Part shown: one piece after another, positions 62,201 to 64,000 of the stretch | Numbering within the stretch: the stretch's first letter is position 1 | Layout of the letters: each line of letters opens with the position of its first letter | Assembly: GCA_013265495.1 (NCBI GenBank) | Contig: MU058687.1 | Location: forward strand, 4,338,093-4,402,092 | From: Vicugna vicugna | Lineage: Eukaryota | DNA length: 64,000 bases | Reading direction: 5' to 3' | Made by a program: the position numbers and the translations under genes | The notes under the pieces: model-generated | What the model was told of the DNA's origin: nothing | Database searches by the model: none | What the model saw: only the letters and a program-made list of their open reading frames with translations

Positions 62201-64000
62201 AACTCTACTGTTAAGGAGTTTTTACACCCATCTCCCCACCCCTCGCCAAGCCCTCCCTGCGTCAGCCAAGGCTCCCAGGTCTGTGAGCTGCAGTGACAAG
62301 GGAGGACGCTGCCACCAGCAGTAAGCTTGGCTATAGAGAGCAGACATGCGGGGTGGATGGCAGAGGAGGCACGGAATTCACTCCAGGGCATCAGCTGGAG
62401 AATGGAGAAAAGGCTTGTGGGCAGACAGTAACCTCTACAATAGACATTCCATCTGCCTTGTTTATTATTGTAAACCTGGCGCTTAGCACAGTGGCCCTCA
62501 GATATTCGTGGTGTAAATGGATGGCTGACCTCTGTAACATTCTGTACCTGCCTCTTAAAGTTAGGGTTGAGCCCTCTTGGGAACAGGAACAGACGACTCC
62601 CTAAACGGGGTACATTGATGGGTGGGTCAGATGACGGCTGCTTCCCTCGTGCGGACCACCCCCTGGGCCACCAGCTTGTGTTCATCCACTCTTTCTACAA
62701 GAACTTCTCTCCTTCTCCAGCCCTGACAAGCACCTGGTCCTGTCAGGATGCTGTGGGGCCACAGCAAAACATGAGATTATTCCATCCACTTGGAGTGACT
62801 CATCTTAGATGAAAGTCGTCCTGCCGTGCCCACCCCTCCCTCATGGTTATCCATCTCCTACCCCTCCTCCCTCCTGAGGTATCTATTTTATATGTTCGAT
62901 TCCACTGTGGATCTCAGACTTCACTAATCCTGCCTAAAGGTGTTGGACTTAGGGAATTGATCCAGGTGGCTTGCAGGGGAGATGGGAAAAGACAAGAAAT
63001 TTTGACAAGAAATGTGCAGGTCCATCTAGTACTAGGGTTGGCCGCAGTACTCCAGAGGTTACTGGAGGAAATGACCACAGTAGTTTGGGGTATCCTAGAC
63101 GTTCTGGACCACATGTATGTAGAGGGAAACACAGTTTGCATGGAAAGTTCTCTGTTAACTGTGCGCTCTGGCTTTGGGAGTTAAATGATGGGCTGCAGGA
63201 AAAGGATATAAGGGACTGAAACTTCTCTCCCCAGAAGCATCTGGAAGTCAGTCTGGGAGCATTTGCTCTCAGTATCTGGTGAGGCTGGCTTGCCACCATA
63301 CACGGCAAATCAGCTTCTCTGATAAAGAGCTGAGAAAACAAGTCAAAGTCCTTACCATCAAAGGGAATGTGTCAGGCCCTTTTTATAAGGAAAGGGTTTG
63401 GTTAATGGAGAGAAAGTTAAAAAAAAAAAAAGAAGAAGAAAAGAAACAGTACAAAGAGGTTTTGTGGGAGAAACACGCTTCTCTCTGGCATCCCCCCACC
63501 CCTTCTCGGCACTGCCCCTTCTGCGTGCATCAGAAGTGATTTCTTCATTTTCTGAGATCCTAGAGGGCTTCAGTTGGGCTCTCTCTGAAAATAGTTCTAC
63601 CTATAGGATTGTGGGCTGCTTCTGGACAGAGTTTTATTCATATTTCTACCTCTCACTGTTCTTTATAGAGGGTAGGCCTCTGATAAATAAAGGTAGAATG
63701 AATAAGTGAATTAACAATGCATATGTGGTAGATATATTCACCCTGACTTCTCTGATACTCTTTTTCTTCCCTGCCTTCGATTTTTTAAAGTAGTCTAACA
63801 AACCTATTACTGGTGTCTCAAACAGCCTCCAAGAGAATAAATTGTTTAGGAATAAAAATTATCTTTTTTCTAAATCAAGGGTGACTAAACCATCCCGGTG
63901 CTTCCCAGCTACTGAGCGCCCCTGCCTGGGCTCTCGGAATTAAGCTGCTGATCAAACATCTGTCTCCCCATCTTTTCTCCACTTATTAAAATCCTATTCA

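Larger units (their letters stand above)
36440..64000 (+). other. NRXN3: 5' part of the very long NRXN3 intron that follows the EGF3 exon; the beta-neurexin first exon and LNS6 exon are not seen in this window
   Basis: No LNS6 coding sequence or beta signal-peptide exon/CpG island recognised to the window end. Known neurexin gene structure places the beta promoter in this intron. Confidence 0.85.

Noticed and set aside
62170..62685. 171-aa minus-strand ORF
   Set aside because: Overlaps L2-derived fragments and has no recognisable homology.
1..64000. A novel multi-gene or prokaryote-type system (CRISPR array, operon, defence locus) built from the many short ORFs
   Set aside because: The DNA is mammalian intron. 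Apart from those overlapping NRXN3 exons, the 60-170 aa ORFs have no recognisable domains, often lie in L2/MIR/LTR remnants and match random expectation. No spaced direct-repeat array was seen.

Overview
Mammalian genomic DNA, not microbial: an internal segment of the neurexin-3 gene (NRXN3, alpha form) on the + strand. Five constitutive coding exons with GT-AG boundaries and matching phases (9069-9188, 17176-17557, 18344-18534, 19332-19505, 36320-36439) encode the C-terminal part of LNS4, LNS5 and the third EGF repeat. A 27-nt alternatively spliced microexon (splice site 6, VALTKADLQ) lies at 23602-23628. The ORF track misses both this microexon and the EGF exon. The rest is intron with ancient eutherian repeats (MIR, L2, L1M, MER5A, MER33, MER63A, MaLR/ERVL LTRs), two cetartiodactyl-type L1 3' ends and ERV1-type LTRs. 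I saw no Alu, B1/B2, SINEC, Bov-tA/BovB, PRE-1 or CHR SINEs, which suggests a camelid (inference). I found no convincing new biological system. The best leads are the microexon splicing architecture, a possible intronic-polyadenylation/soluble isoform after the LNS5 exon, candidate cryptic exons, a probable L1 3' transduction, CTCF sites and several candidate enhancer motif clusters. Repeat names come from recalled consensus sequences and repeat boundaries are approximate.
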